From NCBI GenBank assembly GCA_040882145.1, contig JBBEBU010000010.1:11973-75972 (forward strand): DNA of 64,000 bases, in the 5' to 3' direction. The stretch is from Idiomarina sp. GTDB lineage: Bacteria > Pseudomonadota > Gammaproteobacteria > Enterobacterales > Alteromonadaceae. This document shows, in pieces, positions 18,423 to 35,513 of the stretch. The translations under genes and the position numbers were made by a program. Each line of letters opens with the position of its first letter. The stretch's first letter is position 1. The notes beneath the pieces were generated by a model, which saw only the letters and a list, made by a program, of their open reading frames with translations, ran no database searches and had not been told where the DNA came from.

Positions 18423-20117
18423 TTAGGCTTTTTTGCCCTTGCGGGCCATTAAACCTTTCTTCTCCAGGCCACGGTAAATAATTAGCATTTGTGCAATGGT
18501 AATTAAGTTACTCACCAACCAGTAAAGTACCAGGCCGGACGGGAACCACAGGAAGAACACGGTGAAAATAACCGGCATGTACTGCAGCAGTTTTTGTTGC
18601 ATCGGATCTGTTGCCGGTGAAGGCTGCAGCTTCTGCATCAAGAACATGCTGGCGCCCATTAGCAGGGGCAGAATGTAGTACGGGTCTTTTGCCGATAAAT
18701 CTTCAATCCACAGGAATAGCGGCGCGTGGCGCAATTCAACGCTTTCCAGCAGTACCCAATATAACGCCAGGAAGATAGGTAATTGCAGCAGCATTGGTAA
18801 ACAGCCACCCAGAGGATTTACTTTCTCCTCTTTGTACAGCTTCATCATGGCTTGCGACATTTTCTGACGGTCGCCGCCCAAGCGCTCTTTCATGGCTGCC
18901 ATTTTCGGCTGAATCAGGCGCATTTTCGCCATCGACACATATTGCGCTTTGGTTAGCGGGTACAACAAGGCTTTAATAACCACTGTGGTGGCAATAATGG
19001 CCAGGCCCCAGTTGATTAAGAAGCCTTGTAGGAATTGCAACAACTTAAAGATTGGTTGTGCCAGCCACCACAGGAAGCCGTAATCAACAGTTAAGTCTAA
19101 GTCTTCAGCCACAGCAGCCATAGCGTCCTGATCTTTAGGACCCACGAATATAGTGGCGCTGATGGTTTCAGTAGCACCTGGCTGAATGCGCGTTGTTGGA
19201 TACATCATGCCCATAATGGCGGTGTTGCCGCCGACTACTCGCGAGAACATTTGAGTTTGTGACTGCTCACGTGGAATCCACGCCGACACAAAGTAATGTT
19301 CAAGCATGGCAACCCAACCACTTTCAGTAGAAATACTTAGCGGCTTGTCGCGCATGTCATCAAAGTCGTACTTTTCATAACGGTCTTCGTCCCACGAGTA
19401 CGCGCCACCGCGGTAGGTAGGCATCATCATGTTGCCTGAACCTTCGGTAATCAGTTGCTTTAACTGGGAGTAAAACTGAAGTGACTTGGTTGTGTCGGTG
19501 GCGTTAGTAATTTCATAGCGCACATCAATGTCATAGCCACCTTTATTAAAGGTGAATATTTTACGAATTTCGGTACCGTCTTCAGCAGTAAAGTACAGTG
19601 GTACTTCCAAGGTGTCGCCGGTCATTTCAAATGACGTTTGTTCCACGCGGAACATTGGCCGGCCATTGGCCGAGTCAGTACCGTTTTCGCCAACTAAACC
19701 TGACTGTGCGATATAAAGCTTGGCGGGGTCGGCGTGTAATAACTCAAAGCGCGCTTCGGAATTTTGCGTACGTGCGAATTGTGTCAGTTCTGCAGCAACG
19801 ATGTCACCACCACGTGCATTAATGCGAATGTCCAGCACGTCGGTAGTCACGCGAATGCGTTGGCCACTAGTGGCACTGTTGGTTGCTGCCGGCATGTCGC
19901 TGCTTGCCTGCTGACCTTGATTCGATGCACTTGGCACCGCGTCATTGTCGGTCATAGCTTGCGGAACAGAGCTATCCTGATTGGATGAGCGCTGTGCGTT
20001 TTGCTGTTGGGCTTGCTGTTGCTGCACACCCGGGGCGGTGTCTATCACCCAATTTTGGTAGAGATAGAAAGTCACAACCAAAAACGCGATAAACAAAATA
20101 GTACGTGGCGAATTCAT
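18423..20117 (-). CDS. yidC: Membrane protein insertase YidC
   Basis: 564 aa with a large periplasmic P1 domain and the conserved C-terminal TM core. In the rpmH-rnpA-yidD-yidC-mnmE cluster. Confidence 0.97.
   Translation of the reverse strand: MNSPRTILFIAFLVVTFYLYQNWVIDTAPGVQQQQAQQQNAQRSSNQDSSVPQAMTDNDAVPSASNQGQQASSDMPAATNSATSGQRIRVTTDVLDIRINARGGDIVAAELTQFARTQNSEARFELLHADPAKLYIAQSGLVGENGTDSANGRPMFRVEQTSFEMTGDTLEVPLYFTAEDGTEIRKIFTFNKGGYDIDVRYEITNATDTTKSLQFYSQLKQLITEGSGNMMMPTYRGGAYSWDEDRYEKYDFDDMRDKPLSISTESGWVAMLEHYFVSAWIPREQSQTQMFSRVVGGNTAIMGMMYPTTRIQPGATETISATIFVGPKDQDAMAAVAEDLDLTVDYGFLWWLAQPIFKLLQFLQGFLINWGLAIIATTVVIKALLYPLTKAQYVSMAKMRLIQPKMAAMKERLGGDRQKMSQAMMKLYKEEKVNPLGGCLPMLLQLPIFLALYWVLLESVELRHAPLFLWIEDLSAKDPYYILPLLMGASMFLMQKLQPSPATDPMQQKLLQYMPVIFTVFFLWFPSGLVLYWLVSNLITIAQMLIIYRGLEKKGLMARKGKKA
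19639..19654. promoter_or_regulatory. parS: parS-like site TGTTCCACGCGGAACA (15/16 match to the perfect copies in recF)
   Basis: Read directly. Embedded in yidC codons MFRVEQ. Confidence 0.5.
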
Positions 20118-20119
20118 AA

Positions 20120-20404
20120 TTACTTCGTCTCTGTCGTTTGCGTTGATTCGTTAGTTTCCGTTTCCTGAGTGGTACCAGGAACTGGATCGAAACCGCCCGG
20201 ATGACCGGGATGGCATTTTAAAATTCGTTTACTGGCAAGCCAGCAGCCCCGCAGCATACCATGATTTTTTATCGCTTCGATGGCATATTGCGAGCAAGTT
20301 GGCGAAAAACGGCAACGAGGCCCTAGCAGCGGACTAATTAGCCACTGGTAGAGTCGGATGATGCCGATTGGTATTGCGCGCAGCGCTTGCTGATAGTTCG
20401 CCAT
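20120..20404 (-). CDS. yidD: Membrane protein insertion efficiency factor YidD
   Basis: [29 protein letters not shown] motif. Overlaps the 3' end of rnpA. Confidence 0.85.
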   Translation of the reverse strand: MANYQQALRAIPIGIIRLYQWLISPLLGPRCRFSPTCSQYAIEAIKNHGMLRGCWLASKRILKCHPGHPGGFDPVPGTTQETETNESTQTTETK

Positions 20405-20730
20405 AAATAGTCTAGTCGTAACCGCATTGTCTCGTTGTCCAGCGCAGTAATGCCTGGCTTGGCGATAATGACAATATCAAAAGCTGGTATTTTATGCTGT
20501 TTCAAGCGAAAGGTCTCGCGGATTTGGCGTTTAATTCGATTGCGATCGACCGCACGCTTTGCGCGTTTCTTACTCACTGTAACGCCAATACGAGCGTGCC
20601 CAAGAGTATTTGGGGATGCCAACATGGTTAGTTCAGCGGTAACAGCTTTGACAGGGGGTTGCGAGAATACGCTTTGAAAATCTGCGGGAGTTAACAGACG
20701 CAACTCCCGCACATAAGAGAGGTGTCTCAT
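20338..20730 (-). CDS. rnpA: RNase P protein component
   Basis: [26 protein letters not shown] motif. Downstream of rpmH. Confidence 0.9.
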   Translation of the reverse strand: MRHLSYVRELRLLTPADFQSVFSQPPVKAVTAELTMLASPNTLGHARIGVTVSKKRAKRAVDRNRIKRQIRETFRLKQHKIPAFDIVIIAKPGITALDNETMRLRLDYLWRTISKRCAQYQSASSDSTSG

Positions 20731-20762
20731 TCAGTGACCTTAGTAACCACTGAATGGATCAC

Positions 20763-20924
<162 letters not shown>

Positions 20925-21001
20925 TTAATAGGTATAAAACACGAGCTAAAAATAAGAGCGCGGATAATACCGATTAAAAGGATCAAAGTCAACGGTTAAA
21001 G

Positions 21002-21044
21002 CTATCCACAGTGTCGTTGGTGATAGTCGCGTAACTGTGGATAA
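21002..21044. promoter_or_regulatory. DnaA boxes in the rpmH-dnaA divergent promoter region
   Basis: CTATCCACA (21002-21010, 8/9) and a perfect inverted TGTGGATAA (21036-21044). Consistent with dnaA autoregulation. Confidence 0.65.
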
Positions 21045-21230
21045 GCTGCTAGGCTTGAAGTTGCAGGGACGCCCCTAGTTGCTTACGTTTTTTTGCTATA
21101 AGCAGGCCGGTATTTAAGCCAAATTATTCCTCTTTAAGCCAGAAAAAGTATAGAGATCCTATGGTGCATCCAGTACAATTCTAAGTCTTATATAACAATA
21201 ATAGATAATAAAGTGTAAGGGAGACTGGGT

Positions 21231-22664
21231 GTGAATAATTCGCTTTGGCAACAATGTTCTGAACGCTTGCAGGGCGAGTTGTCGACGCAACATTTTAATA
21301 CCTGGATCAGACCTTTACAGGCCGAATCAAGCGCCGATGCCATCACGCTATTTGCGCCGAATAATTATGTTGTCGACTGGGTAAAAGACAAGTACCTGGC
21401 TACGATCAACGAATTCCTTACTGAGCTTTGCGAACAGCAGGGCAATAAAGTACCCCGGGTTTCCTTCGAAGTTGGTGGTTTAAATGGATCCGAAAGTCGT
21501 TCGACAGGATCAAACTCTCCGCGCCAATCTCGCCCTACTGCTCCAGCTTCAAAAAGCGGTATCCAAACTGGCATTCGCACTAATACCAATGGTGCGTCAC
21601 GCAACAGCTGGAATGGCAAGACGGAAGAACCTGCAATTGCATTTGAAAGCAATATTCATCCTGAGTACACCTTTGATAACTTCGTTGAAGGTAAGTCGAA
21701 TCAATTAGCCCGAGCGGCGGCTACCCAGGTGGCTGAGAATCCCGGCGGCGTGTATAACCCGTTATTTGTTTATGGCGGCACCGGGCTTGGTAAAACGCAC
21801 CTGCTGCACGCGGTAGGTAATGGCATTCTTGCGCACAAGAAAGATGCCAAGGTGTTTTACATGCGTGCTGAACGTTTTGTGCAGGATATGGTGAACGCGC
21901 TTAAAAACGGCACCATAAACGAGTACAAAATGTATTATCGGTCGGTAGACGCATTATTGATTGATGATATTCATTTCTTCGCCGGAAAAAAGGGTACGCA
22001 AGAAGAATTCTTCCATACATTCAATGCGTTACTTGAAGGTAATCAGCAAATCATTATGACCAGTGATTTGTACCCAAAAGAAATTGAGGGTGTTGAAGAC
22101 AGGCTTAAGTCGCGTTTTGGTTGGGGCTTAACCATAGCTATTGAGCCGCCTGAGTTTGAAACTCGCGTGGCTATTTTGATACGCAAAGCGCAAGAACGGG
22201 GTATAAATTTACCCCATGAAGTGGCGTTTTTCATTGCCAAACGATTGCGCTCGAACGTGCGTGAATTAGAAGGCGCACTAAACCGGGTAGCGGCAAACGT
22301 GAATTTAACCGGCCGCCAGGTAACGATAGATTTTGTTCGTGAAGCGCTGCGCGATTTAATCGCAGCTCAGGAAAAGCTGGTTACTATTGATAACATTCAA
22401 AAAACCGTGGCTGAGTATTACAATATAAAGATGGCAGATTTGCTTTCTAAGCGTCGTAGTCGCTCTGTTGCGCGACCTCGGCAACTGGCCATGGCTTTGT
22501 CGAAAGAGCTAACAAACCATAGTTTGCCGGAAATCGGTGATGCCTTTGGTGGGCGTGACCACACAACAGTGCTTCACGCGTGCCGAAAAATACAAGAATT
22601 AAAAGAAGCGCAGCACGACATAAAAGAAGATTATCGTAATTTAATCAGAACCTTATCAGCTTAA
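21231..22664 (+). CDS. dnaA: Chromosomal replication initiator DnaA
   Basis: GTG start preceded by AAGGGAG. AAA+ Walker [13 protein letters not shown]-terminal DNA-binding HTH ([12 protein letters not shown]). Confidence 0.97.
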   Translation: MNNSLWQQCSERLQGELSTQHFNTWIRPLQAESSADAITLFAPNNYVVDWVKDKYLATINEFLTELCEQQGNKVPRVSFEVGGLNGSESRSTGSNSPRQSRPTAPASKSGIQTGIRTNTNGASRNSWNGKTEEPAIAFESNIHPEYTFDNFVEGKSNQLARAAATQVAENPGGVYNPLFVYGGTGLGKTHLLHAVGNGILAHKKDAKVFYMRAERFVQDMVNALKNGTINEYKMYYRSVDALLIDDIHFFAGKKGTQEEFFHTFNALLEGNQQIIMTSDLYPKEIEGVEDRLKSRFGWGLTIAIEPPEFETRVAILIRKAQERGINLPHEVAFFIAKRLRSNVRELEGALNRVAANVNLTGRQVTIDFVREALRDLIAAQEKLVTIDNIQKTVAEYYNIKMADLLSKRRSRSVARPRQLAMALSKELTNHSLPEIGDAFGGRDHTTVLHACRKIQELKEAQHDIKEDYRNLIRTLSA

Positions 22665-22725
22665 CTTCAAAGTTCGTTGCGGCTATGCGATGTGGAGCGC
22701 GGCAACACAACAGGGGAACGTGGGT

Positions 22726-23826
22726 ATGAAATTTACAATCAGCCGTGATGATTTTTTAAAGCCACTTCAGGTTGTTAGTGGTGCGGTAGAACGCCGCCAC
22801 ACTTTGCCTATTCTTGCGAATGTATTGGTGCAAGCGAGTGCCGACGAATTGCGCTTAACTGGTACCGATCTTGAGGTTGAGCTCGTTTCTACGAGCGCGC
22901 TGTCTGGCGCCGATGAGGGGCAAATTACTGTGCCCGCAAAAAAGTTGCTGGATATTATTCGCAGCTTTTCCGATGGCGCTCAAATAGAATTCAAGGCCAG
23001 CGAAGATAAGGTCACCATACGCTCTGGCCGCAGCCGCTTTACGTTAAGCACATTACCAGCTGAAGACTATCCAAATATAGACGACTGGAGCAGCGACATT
23101 CAATTGGTTACCAGTCAGCAGTTACTGAAAGACTTAATGGAAAAAACACATTTTTCCATGGCTAACCAGGACGTTCGTTATTACCTAAACGGTATGTTGT
23201 TTGAAACCGACGGTGGTGTATTAAGAACCGTTGCTACCGACGGGCATCGTTTGGCCATGAGTAGTTGCAACCTGGGTCAGTCGGGCTTACCGGCACGTCA
23301 GGTTATAGTGCCGCGCAAAGGCGTTATGGAATTACTGCGTTTGCTAGACGACGTTGAAGACGAAGTGAAAGTGGCTATTGGTAACAATCATATTCGAGTA
23401 GAAGCGAAAGGCGTTTGTTTTACCAGTAAGCTGGTGGATGGTCGTTTCCCTGATTATCGTCGCGTGCTGCCTAGTGGTGGCGACAAAATCATTGTGGCCG
23501 ATCGCGAAAGTTTAAAGCAGTCGTTCTCGCGCGCTTCCATTCTGTCGAATGAGAAGTTTCGTGGTGTGCGCCTTAATTTGTCGGCAGGCGAGTTATGCAT
23601 TACGGCGAATAACCCAGAACAAGAACAAGCGGAAGAGATTATGGAAGTTGATTACCAGGGCGAGTCTTTGGAAATCGGCTTTAACGTAAGTTACATCATT
23701 GACGTACTGAATACTCTGTCGGGTAAAAAAGTGAAGTTTACTTTAGCTGGCTCTGACAACAGTGGCTTAATGGAAGACAGCGAAGACGAATCCGCGGTAT
23801 ATGTTGTTATGCCGATGCGGTTGTAG
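22726..23826 (+). CDS. dnaN: DNA polymerase III beta sliding clamp
   Basis: MKFTISRDDFLKPLQ... 366 aa from the ATG at 22726. The ORF-track start at 22690 is probably too early. Confidence 0.95.
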   Translation: MKFTISRDDFLKPLQVVSGAVERRHTLPILANVLVQASADELRLTGTDLEVELVSTSALSGADEGQITVPAKKLLDIIRSFSDGAQIEFKASEDKVTIRSGRSRFTLSTLPAEDYPNIDDWSSDIQLVTSQQLLKDLMEKTHFSMANQDVRYYLNGMLFETDGGVLRTVATDGHRLAMSSCNLGQSGLPARQVIVPRKGVMELLRLLDDVEDEVKVAIGNNHIRVEAKGVCFTSKLVDGRFPDYRRVLPSGGDKIIVADRESLKQSFSRASILSNEKFRGVRLNLSAGELCITANNPEQEQAEEIMEVDYQGESLEIGFNVSYIIDVLNTLSGKKVKFTLAGSDNSGLMEDSEDESAVYVVMPMRL

Positions 23827-23838
23827 TTTAAGGGTCTT

Positions 23839-27371
<3,533 letters not shown>

Positions 27372-27410
27372 GTTCTAGCTTTCAACAGCTAAGTAATTGA
27401 AAATAAATAA

Positions 27411-27437
27411 AAAAGGAGCCGTTTGGCTCCTTTTTTT
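27411..27437. terminator. Bidirectional rho-independent terminator between gyrB and glyS
   Basis: AAAAGGAGCC-GTTT-GGCTCCTTTTTTT. A-run before and T-run after the stem. Confidence 0.8.
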
Positions 27438-27458
27438 ATGCGTGTTTAAACTGAGTTA

Positions 27459-29525
27459 TTAATTCAGAACAGATATATCGGCGATATCTAAGAAGAGTTC
27501 ACGTAACTGCTGTAATAAAGCCAGACGATTGTTGCGTATCTCCGCATCGTCCGCATTTACCATCACATTCTCAAAGAAGGCATCTACCGGCTCTTGTAGG
27601 CTTGCGAACTCAGCAAGTGCGGCAGCGTAGTCATGAGTTGCTAATGCGGCTGCTGAGGCTTTCTGAGCTTCCTTCAGCGCTTTAAACAACACAACTTCGC
27701 TCTGTTCTTTCAACTTAGTCTCGTCAATGGTGCTTGGGATGCTGGTTTCTACCTTGGCCAAAATGTTACTCACGCGTTTATTCGCAGCGGTTAGCGCTTC
27801 AGCTTCCGGCAGTTCCCGGAACTTATTCACGGCGCGAACGCGTGCGTCAAAGTCTACTGGTTCGGTAGGGCGACGAACCAGAACCGCGCTAACTACCTCG
27901 TTGGCAATTCCGTCTTCCTGATAGAAAGCGCGAAAACGTGCAAGCAAGAAGTCGACAACATCAAGGCTAACCGTTTTCGAGGTCAGGCGCGTTTTGAAGC
28001 CTGCCGCCGCGGTTTCAACCAAATCAACCAAGTCTAACTTCAGTTGTTTCTCAACCAGAATACGCAACAGGCCTATCGCGGCACGACGCAGAGCGAATGG
28101 GTCGCGGTCACCTTTAGGCGTTTGACCAATACCGAAAATACCTACCAAAGTGTCCAGCTTATCGGCAATAGCAACAGCACAGCCTTCTGCAGAAGAGGGC
28201 AGAATGTCACCGGCAAAGCGTGGCAGGTAGTGCTCAAAAATAGCCTGAGCTACGGCGTCTTTCTCGCCGTCGTTACGAGCGTAGTGCATACCCATTACGC
28301 CTTGGGTTTCCGGGAACTCAGAAACCATGTGTGTGGCTAAATCGGCTTTACTAAGCAAACCGGCGCGTTCAGCAACGTGGCTGTCGGCCTTAATGCGATC
28401 CGATATTTCCGCCGCTAGGCGTGCGATACGTTCACTTTTATCTTTGATTGAGCCAAGCTGCTTTTGAAACAGCACTTGCTCTAGCGCATCCAACCGTGAT
28501 TCCAGCGTTGTCTTTTTATCGCTTTCAAAGAAGAAGCGCGCATCGGCAAGACGTGGGCGAACCACTTTTTCGTTACCGGAAATAATTTGCTGCGGATCTT
28601 TGCTTTCAATATTGGTAATGAAAATGAAGGCAGGCATTAAATTGCCTTGCGCGTCCTCTAATGGGAAGTAGCGCTGGTCGTCCTTCATGGTCACAATTAA
28701 TGGCTCTTTTGGAACCTCAAGGAAGCTCTTATCAAAGCTGGCGGTAAGGGCCACTGGCCATTCTACCAACGCCGTAACCTCGTCAAGCAATGCCGGGTCA
28801 GCTACAACCTTGCCACCTAGTGCAGCAGCTTTTTCTGCTATAGCCATTTCTATGAATTTGCGACGCTCTTCAAAATCAACCACTACGTGTGCGGCTCGCA
28901 TAGTTTCTATGTAGTCGTTGGCGTGGCTTATTTGTGTGCCTTCAGGGCAGTGGAATCGGTGGCCCTGAAGCTGGGTTCCGCTGGCAACGCCAAGTACTTC
29001 GCCAGCAATAAGTTGGTTGCCGAATAACAGGGTAATAGTATGCACCGGACGAATGAATTGCACATCGCTGCTGCCCCAACGCATGGGCTTAGGAATAGGT
29101 AAGCGCTTCAGTGCCTGCTCCGTCATACTGGCAACTAAATCACTAACCGGCTGGCCGGTTACCGCGTCTTTGTACAGCAGCCAGGTGCCTTTGTCGGTCT
29201 CCAGGCGCTCCGCTTCGGCTACCGTAATGCCATTCGAACGCGCCCAGCCTTCGGCGGCCTTGGTTGCATTACCTTCAGCATCAAAAGCTACGTCTATCGA
29301 CGGGCCTCTTTTCTCAACAACTTTATCAGCTTGCTTGGCTTCTAAACCATGTACCAACAGCGCCAAGCGACGCGCAGAGGCAAGCGGTTGCACCCGCTCA
29401 AAACCTAGTTCATGGTCGTTCAGTTGTTGAGTAAAGCCATCGGCAAACGCCATGCTTAGTTGCTTTAGCGCTTTTGGTGGTAATTCTTCAGTACCAATTT
29501 CAACAAGTAAAGTTTCTGTTTGCAC
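27459..29525 (-). CDS. glyS: Glycine--tRNA ligase beta subunit
   Basis: 688 aa, directly downstream of glyQ. Confidence 0.97.
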   Translation of the reverse strand: MQTETLLVEIGTEELPPKALKQLSMAFADGFTQQLNDHELGFERVQPLASARRLALLVHGLEAKQADKVVEKRGPSIDVAFDAEGNATKAAEGWARSNGITVAEAERLETDKGTWLLYKDAVTGQPVSDLVASMTEQALKRLPIPKPMRWGSSDVQFIRPVHTITLLFGNQLIAGEVLGVASGTQLQGHRFHCPEGTQISHANDYIETMRAAHVVVDFEERRKFIEMAIAEKAAALGGKVVADPALLDEVTALVEWPVALTASFDKSFLEVPKEPLIVTMKDDQRYFPLEDAQGNLMPAFIFITNIESKDPQQIISGNEKVVRPRLADARFFFESDKKTTLESRLDALEQVLFQKQLGSIKDKSERIARLAAEISDRIKADSHVAERAGLLSKADLATHMVSEFPETQGVMGMHYARNDGEKDAVAQAIFEHYLPRFAGDILPSSAEGCAVAIADKLDTLVGIFGIGQTPKGDRDPFALRRAAIGLLRILVEKQLKLDLVDLVETAAAGFKTRLTSKTVSLDVVDFLLARFRAFYQEDGIANEVVSAVLVRRPTEPVDFDARVRAVNKFRELPEAEALTAANKRVSNILAKVETSIPSTIDETKLKEQSEVVLFKALKEAQKASAAALATHDYAAALAEFASLQEPVDAFFENVMVNADDAEIRNNRLALLQQLRELFLDIADISVLN

Positions 29526-29527
29526 GC

Positions 29528-30463
29528 TTATGCTCCTGCCTTGGAAGGTTGCGATGATGACGCGTCAGTGTTTGCCAACGGAAAGCCCAGGGCTTCACGG
29601 GCCGCATAGTAGGCTTCGGCGCAGCCTTTCGCCATAGCACGAACACGCAGAATATAACGTTGCCGCTCAGTCACTGAAATGGCATGGCGCGCATCTAACA
29701 AGTTAAACGCGTGGGAGGCGCGCATGACCTGCTCATAGGCCGGTAAGGGCAGGTTGGCCGCCAGCAGGTGCTCACATTCTTTTTCGCAGCTGTCAAAACG
29801 GTTGAATAGTACCGCAACATCGGCGTGTTCAAAGTTGTAGGTAGATTGCTCCACCTCATTTTGGTGAAACACATCGCCATAGAGTATTTTGCCGCGCGGG
29901 CCATCGGCCCATACCAAGTCGTAAATGCTGTCAACGCCCTGAATGTACATTGCCAAACGCTCAAGGCCGTAGGTGATTTCACCAGCCACCGGGCGACATT
30001 CTAAACCGCCAACTTGCTGGAAGTAGGTAAACTGAGTGACTTCCATGCCGTTAAGCCACACTTCCCAGCCCAAGCCCCAGGCACCAAGCGTAGGTGATTC
30101 CCAGTTGTCTTCAACAAACCGAATATCGTGCACCAATGGATCGAAGCCCAGTAGCTCAAGCGAACCCAAATAAAGCTCTTGGATATTCTTCGGTGACGGC
30201 TTCAGCATCACCTGAAACTGATAATAGTGCTGCAGTCGGTTGGGGTTTTCACCGTAGCGTCCGTCAGTAGGGCGGCGGCAGGGCTGCACGTAGGCAAAAC
30301 TCGCGGGTTCCGGGCCAATGGCGCGCAAAAACGTCATTGGGTGAAAGGTGCCTGCACCTACTTCCATATCCAGCGGCTGTATTACGGCGCAGCCTTGCTG
30401 AGCCCAGTAATCCTGGAGCGCTAGAATTAAACCTTGAAAGGTTTTCACATCATACTTGGCCAT
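29528..30463 (-). CDS. glyQ: Glycine--tRNA ligase alpha subunit
   Basis: 311 aa, [18 protein letters not shown]-terminus typical of GlyQ. Confidence 0.97.
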   Translation of the reverse strand: MAKYDVKTFQGLILALQDYWAQQGCAVIQPLDMEVGAGTFHPMTFLRAIGPEPASFAYVQPCRRPTDGRYGENPNRLQHYYQFQVMLKPSPKNIQELYLGSLELLGFDPLVHDIRFVEDNWESPTLGAWGLGWEVWLNGMEVTQFTYFQQVGGLECRPVAGEITYGLERLAMYIQGVDSIYDLVWADGPRGKILYGDVFHQNEVEQSTYNFEHADVAVLFNRFDSCEKECEHLLAANLPLPAYEQVMRASHAFNLLDARHAISVTERQRYILRVRAMAKGCAEAYYAAREALGFPLANTDASSSQPSKAGA

Positions 30464-30540
30464 GTATTATCTCTCGATATTCTATTGCGTCGAATACAGT
30501 CGATTATAACCTGTGTTCCCCGCAGGTTATAGGGCTTACT

Positions 30541-31137
30541 ATGGACACAAACTCAAAACGCTGCCGTTGGTGTGGCACTGATGCCGATTACGTGGCTTAT
30601 CATGACCAGGTTTGGGGGCGTCCGGTGGCCGATAGCCGTGAGTTGTTTGAAAAATTATGTTTGGACGGACAACAAGCTGGGCTTAGCTGGATAACTATTC
30701 TACGTAAGCAAAAGAACTATCAGGACGCGTTTTGTGACTTCCAGCCGGAAGCTATTCTGGCCATGCCAACTGAACAACGCGAAAAACTAATGTTCAATGC
30801 TGGTATTGTGCGGAATAAGTTAAAAATTGCGTCGATTTTCAAGAATGCTGAAGCTTACCTTCGAATTAACGAGCGAGAAGCGTCGTTCGCCGAATATCTA
30901 TGGCAGTTTGTAGGTGGAAAGCCGATTATAAACGCTTGGCGAGTGGGCGATGACTTCCCGACCCGCAGTGCAGAGTCTGACGCCATGGCAAAAGCCTTGA
31001 AAAAAGAGGGCTTTAGCTTTGTCGGCACCACGATTTGTTACGCTTTTATGCAGGCAGTAGGCATGGTGAACGACCATGTTGTTACTTGCCCTTGTTATGA
31101 ACCGGTTTGTGCAGAAATGCGCGCCTTTAACCTATGA
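30541..31137 (+). CDS. tag: DNA-3-methyladenine glycosylase I
   Basis: MDTNSKRCRWCGTDADYVAYHDQVWG. The ORF-track start at 30337 overlaps glyQ and is rejected. Confidence 0.9.
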   Translation: MDTNSKRCRWCGTDADYVAYHDQVWGRPVADSRELFEKLCLDGQQAGLSWITILRKQKNYQDAFCDFQPEAILAMPTEQREKLMFNAGIVRNKLKIASIFKNAEAYLRINEREASFAEYLWQFVGGKPIINAWRVGDDFPTRSAESDAMAKALKKEGFSFVGTTICYAFMQAVGMVNDHVVTCPCYEPVCAEMRAFNL

Positions 31138-31143
31138 GTTGTT

Positions 31144-31656
31144 ATGATTGAAATTACCCTAGCTGATTATCAAAATCCGAAACACCGCCAGGCAGTTATC
31201 TCGATGCTGAACGATTATGCGAACGATCCTATGGGTGGTGGTGAGCCAATTTCAGACGATGTGAAAGCGCGTTTGATTGATGAAATGGCAAAACGTGACC
31301 ATGTGTTCTCGTTGCTAGCCTTTGACGATGAGCAAGCTGTTGGCATTGCTAACTGTGTGGAAGGCTTTTCTACCTTCGCGGCGCAACCGGTTATGAATAT
31401 TCATGATATTGCCGTTACCGCCAGCCATCGCGGGCAGGGTATTTCTCGTCGGTTATTGCAGGAAGTTGCCACACTAGCTGAATTTCGCGGCTGTTGTAAG
31501 CTGACCTTGGAAGTTCTGGAAGGCAACACGCCAGCGAAGCACGCATACAAAAATTTTGGTTTTAAACCTTACGAGTTAGGCGAAACTTTGGGTAAAGCTG
31601 AGTTCTGGCAGTATAGCCTTGGCCATGGCGAGCACGACGGCCAGCCGGTAAGTTAA
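31144..31656 (+). CDS. GNAT family N-acetyltransferase
   Basis: Acetyl-CoA motif HRGQGISRRLL. Confidence 0.8.
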   Translation: MIEITLADYQNPKHRQAVISMLNDYANDPMGGGEPISDDVKARLIDEMAKRDHVFSLLAFDDEQAVGIANCVEGFSTFAAQPVMNIHDIAVTASHRGQGISRRLLQEVATLAEFRGCCKLTLEVLEGNTPAKHAYKNFGFKPYELGETLGKAEFWQYSLGHGEHDGQPVS

Positions 31657-31660
31657 AGCC

Positions 31661-31912
31661 TTAGCTGCCTTGCGAGTCCTGTTTGCGAATGTAATAGCGA
31701 TAGGGTGTATTGGTGGTTTCAGCTATCACCAACTCGTGGTCCATAAAGCGGCAAAAACTTGGAATGTCACGCGTGGTCGCCGGGTCATCGGCGATCACTT
31801 CTAACACTTCGCCAACCGCCATTCGCCGGATTTGTGCTCGTACCAACATAACTGGTTCCGGACATTTCAAACCCAGGGTGTCCAAACTCTTATCCGCACT
31901 ACTCATTGACAC
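31661..31912 (-). CDS. tusA: Sulfurtransferase TusA
   Basis: [16 protein letters not shown]...[21 protein letters not shown] aligns with E. coli TusA. Confidence 0.9.
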   Translation of the reverse strand: MSMSSADKSLDTLGLKCPEPVMLVRAQIRRMAVGEVLEVIADDPATTRDIPSFCRFMDHELVIAETTNTPYRYYIRKQDSQGS

Positions 31913-31961
31913 ACTCTCTTGTGGTTGGCCTTACACTCAGAAAAAGCCGCTTAAAAGACAT

Positions 31962-32000
31962 AAAAAACCGCTCCACTGACATCTCAGCAGAGCGGCTTTT
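31962..32000 (-). terminator. Rho-independent terminator downstream of fadBA
   Basis: On the minus strand: GCCGCTC-loop-GAGCGGT followed by TTTTTT. Confidence 0.7.
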
Positions 32001-32046
32001 AGTTTACCCGTTTTTACCGCAGGTACAAAGCGGTAGGCGTTAGCGC

Positions 32047-35378
<3,332 letters not shown>

Positions 35379-35513
35379 TTTCGGTCTCCCTCACATTCCA
35401 GCATATATAGTGCTGGAGTTTACTGATTCTCGGATGGCTTTCGGTTAGAGTAGGGAGAGTTTGGCCCGAATACTTCGATATTTCAATGATTATTTAAACG
35501 TGCGTTTGAAAAC

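Noticed and set aside
29017-29430. Numerous 60-155 aa ORFs antisense to or out of frame within large genes, e.g. within glyS, fadB (33913-34380, 34645-35007), rsmB, polA, and the MCP gene (62293-62637)
   Set aside because: They are shadow ORFs of high-confidence genes. Their Ser/Arg/Ala-rich products have no motifs.
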